Below the pieces are notes generated by a model. That model was not told the origin of the DNA. It saw nothing but the letters and a program-made list of their open reading frames with translations, and searched no databases. A program made the translations under genes and the position numbers. Shown piece by piece: positions 63,718-64,000 of a stretch of DNA of 64,000 nt. Origin of the DNA: Actinomycetes bacterium (lineage in GTDB: Bacteria > Actinomycetota > Thermoleophilia > Solirubrobacterales > JACPNS01); assembly GCA_023404495.1 (NCBI GenBank), contig JAEYBE010000004.1, positions 735 to 64,734 of the forward strand, given 5' to 3'. The stretch's first letter is position 1; each line of letters opens with the position of its first letter.

Positions 63718-63834
63718 GTTGCGATTCAAGACCCGTTCGCAACGATTTGGCGACGACTTTCAAACGATTCAGGTCGCGGGTCAATTGTTCGAAACCCGGC
63801 ACGGAATCGTTGCAATCCGGTCTTGAATTGCAAC
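63718..63834. repeat. Nested 30-bp imperfect inverted repeat (26/30) with a 57-nt spacer, in the yraN/comM divergent region
   Basis: Left arm GTTGCGATTCAAGACCCGTTCGCAACGATT (63718-63747). The reverse complement of the right arm (63805-63834) is GTTGCAATTCAAGACCGGATTGCAACGATT. Each arm is itself a palindrome (GTTGCGA..TCGCAAC; GTTGCAAT..ATTGCAAC). Confidence 0.6.
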
Positions 63835-63859
63835 ACGGCAAACGCCATCGTGTGGCGCA

Positions 63860-64000
63860 GTGCTGGCAAAGACGACGACATACGCGATCGAGGGTGTCTC
63901 CGCCAGGCGGGTGACGGTTGAGGTCGATATCCGGGCGGGTCTCCCCGCGTTCTCGGTGGTCGGTCTGCCCGACACCGCGGTCCGAGAGTCACGAGAGCGA
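63860..64000 (+). CDS. comM: YifB/ComM family Mg-chelatase-like ATPase, N-terminal 47 codons (continues off the window end)
   Basis: Own translation from GTG 63860: VLAKTTTYAIEGVSARRVTVEVDIRAGLPAFSVVGLPDTAVRESRER. This is the characteristic N-terminus of the family. Confidence 0.8.
   Translation, partial: MLAKTTTYAIEGVSARRVTVEVDIRAGLPAFSVVGLPDTAVRESRER

Overview
High-GC (roughly 65-68% by eye) chromosome segment whose gene content and order look like Actinomycetota, possibly a Thermoleophilia/Rubrobacteria-like lineage; the taxon cannot be proven from the sequence alone. I call about 70 protein genes, more than 85% on the + strand. Many start/stop pairs overlap by 1-4 nt (ATGA, GTGA, TGATG), which implies long translationally coupled operons. 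No rRNA, tRNA, CRISPR array, transposase or integrase was seen.

The core blocks are:
- rlmN (partial), divergent from the aromatic amino-acid supraoperon rluB-aroH-hisC-aroF-(AI-2E transporter)-tyrA-aroA
- serC-cmk-der
- an ABC-2 exporter pair
- metK
- priA-def-fmt-(zinc-ribbon ORF)-rpe
- a minus-strand GT2/methyltransferase/flippase/small-membrane-protein operon
- ribD-ribE-ribBA-ribH-rpmB
- a polar amino-acid ABC importer
- yloV-recG-rsmD-coaD
- yceD-rpmF-plsX-acpP-rnc-smc
- vapBC
- htpX-lemA
- ftsY
- nfeD-SPFH
- ffh-rpsP-KH-rimM-trmD-rplS-lepB-lepB-rnhB
- yraN
- comM (partial)

The most unusual content is:
1. A 2004-aa secreted protein (51000-57014). It is built from eight tandem four-cysteine modules plus a polycationic tail. 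It has its own near-consensus promoter with a palindrome, and is preceded by a small secreted Lys-rich protein that shares the tail motif. I recognise no family for either protein.
2. A lower-GC islet (about 35926-38027) that interrupts conserved synteny. It carries a 5'-truncated orphan Rhs C-terminal toxin cassette with a small membrane immunity-like ORF.
3. Two families of intergenic hairpin repeats that share exact AT-rich 14-mers. One of them lies upstream of aromatic-pathway operons.
4. A nested 30-bp inverted repeat between yraN and comM.
5. An L19 protein with a ~125-aa acidic tail.

All functional calls come from reading motifs in the supplied translations. No database search was run.
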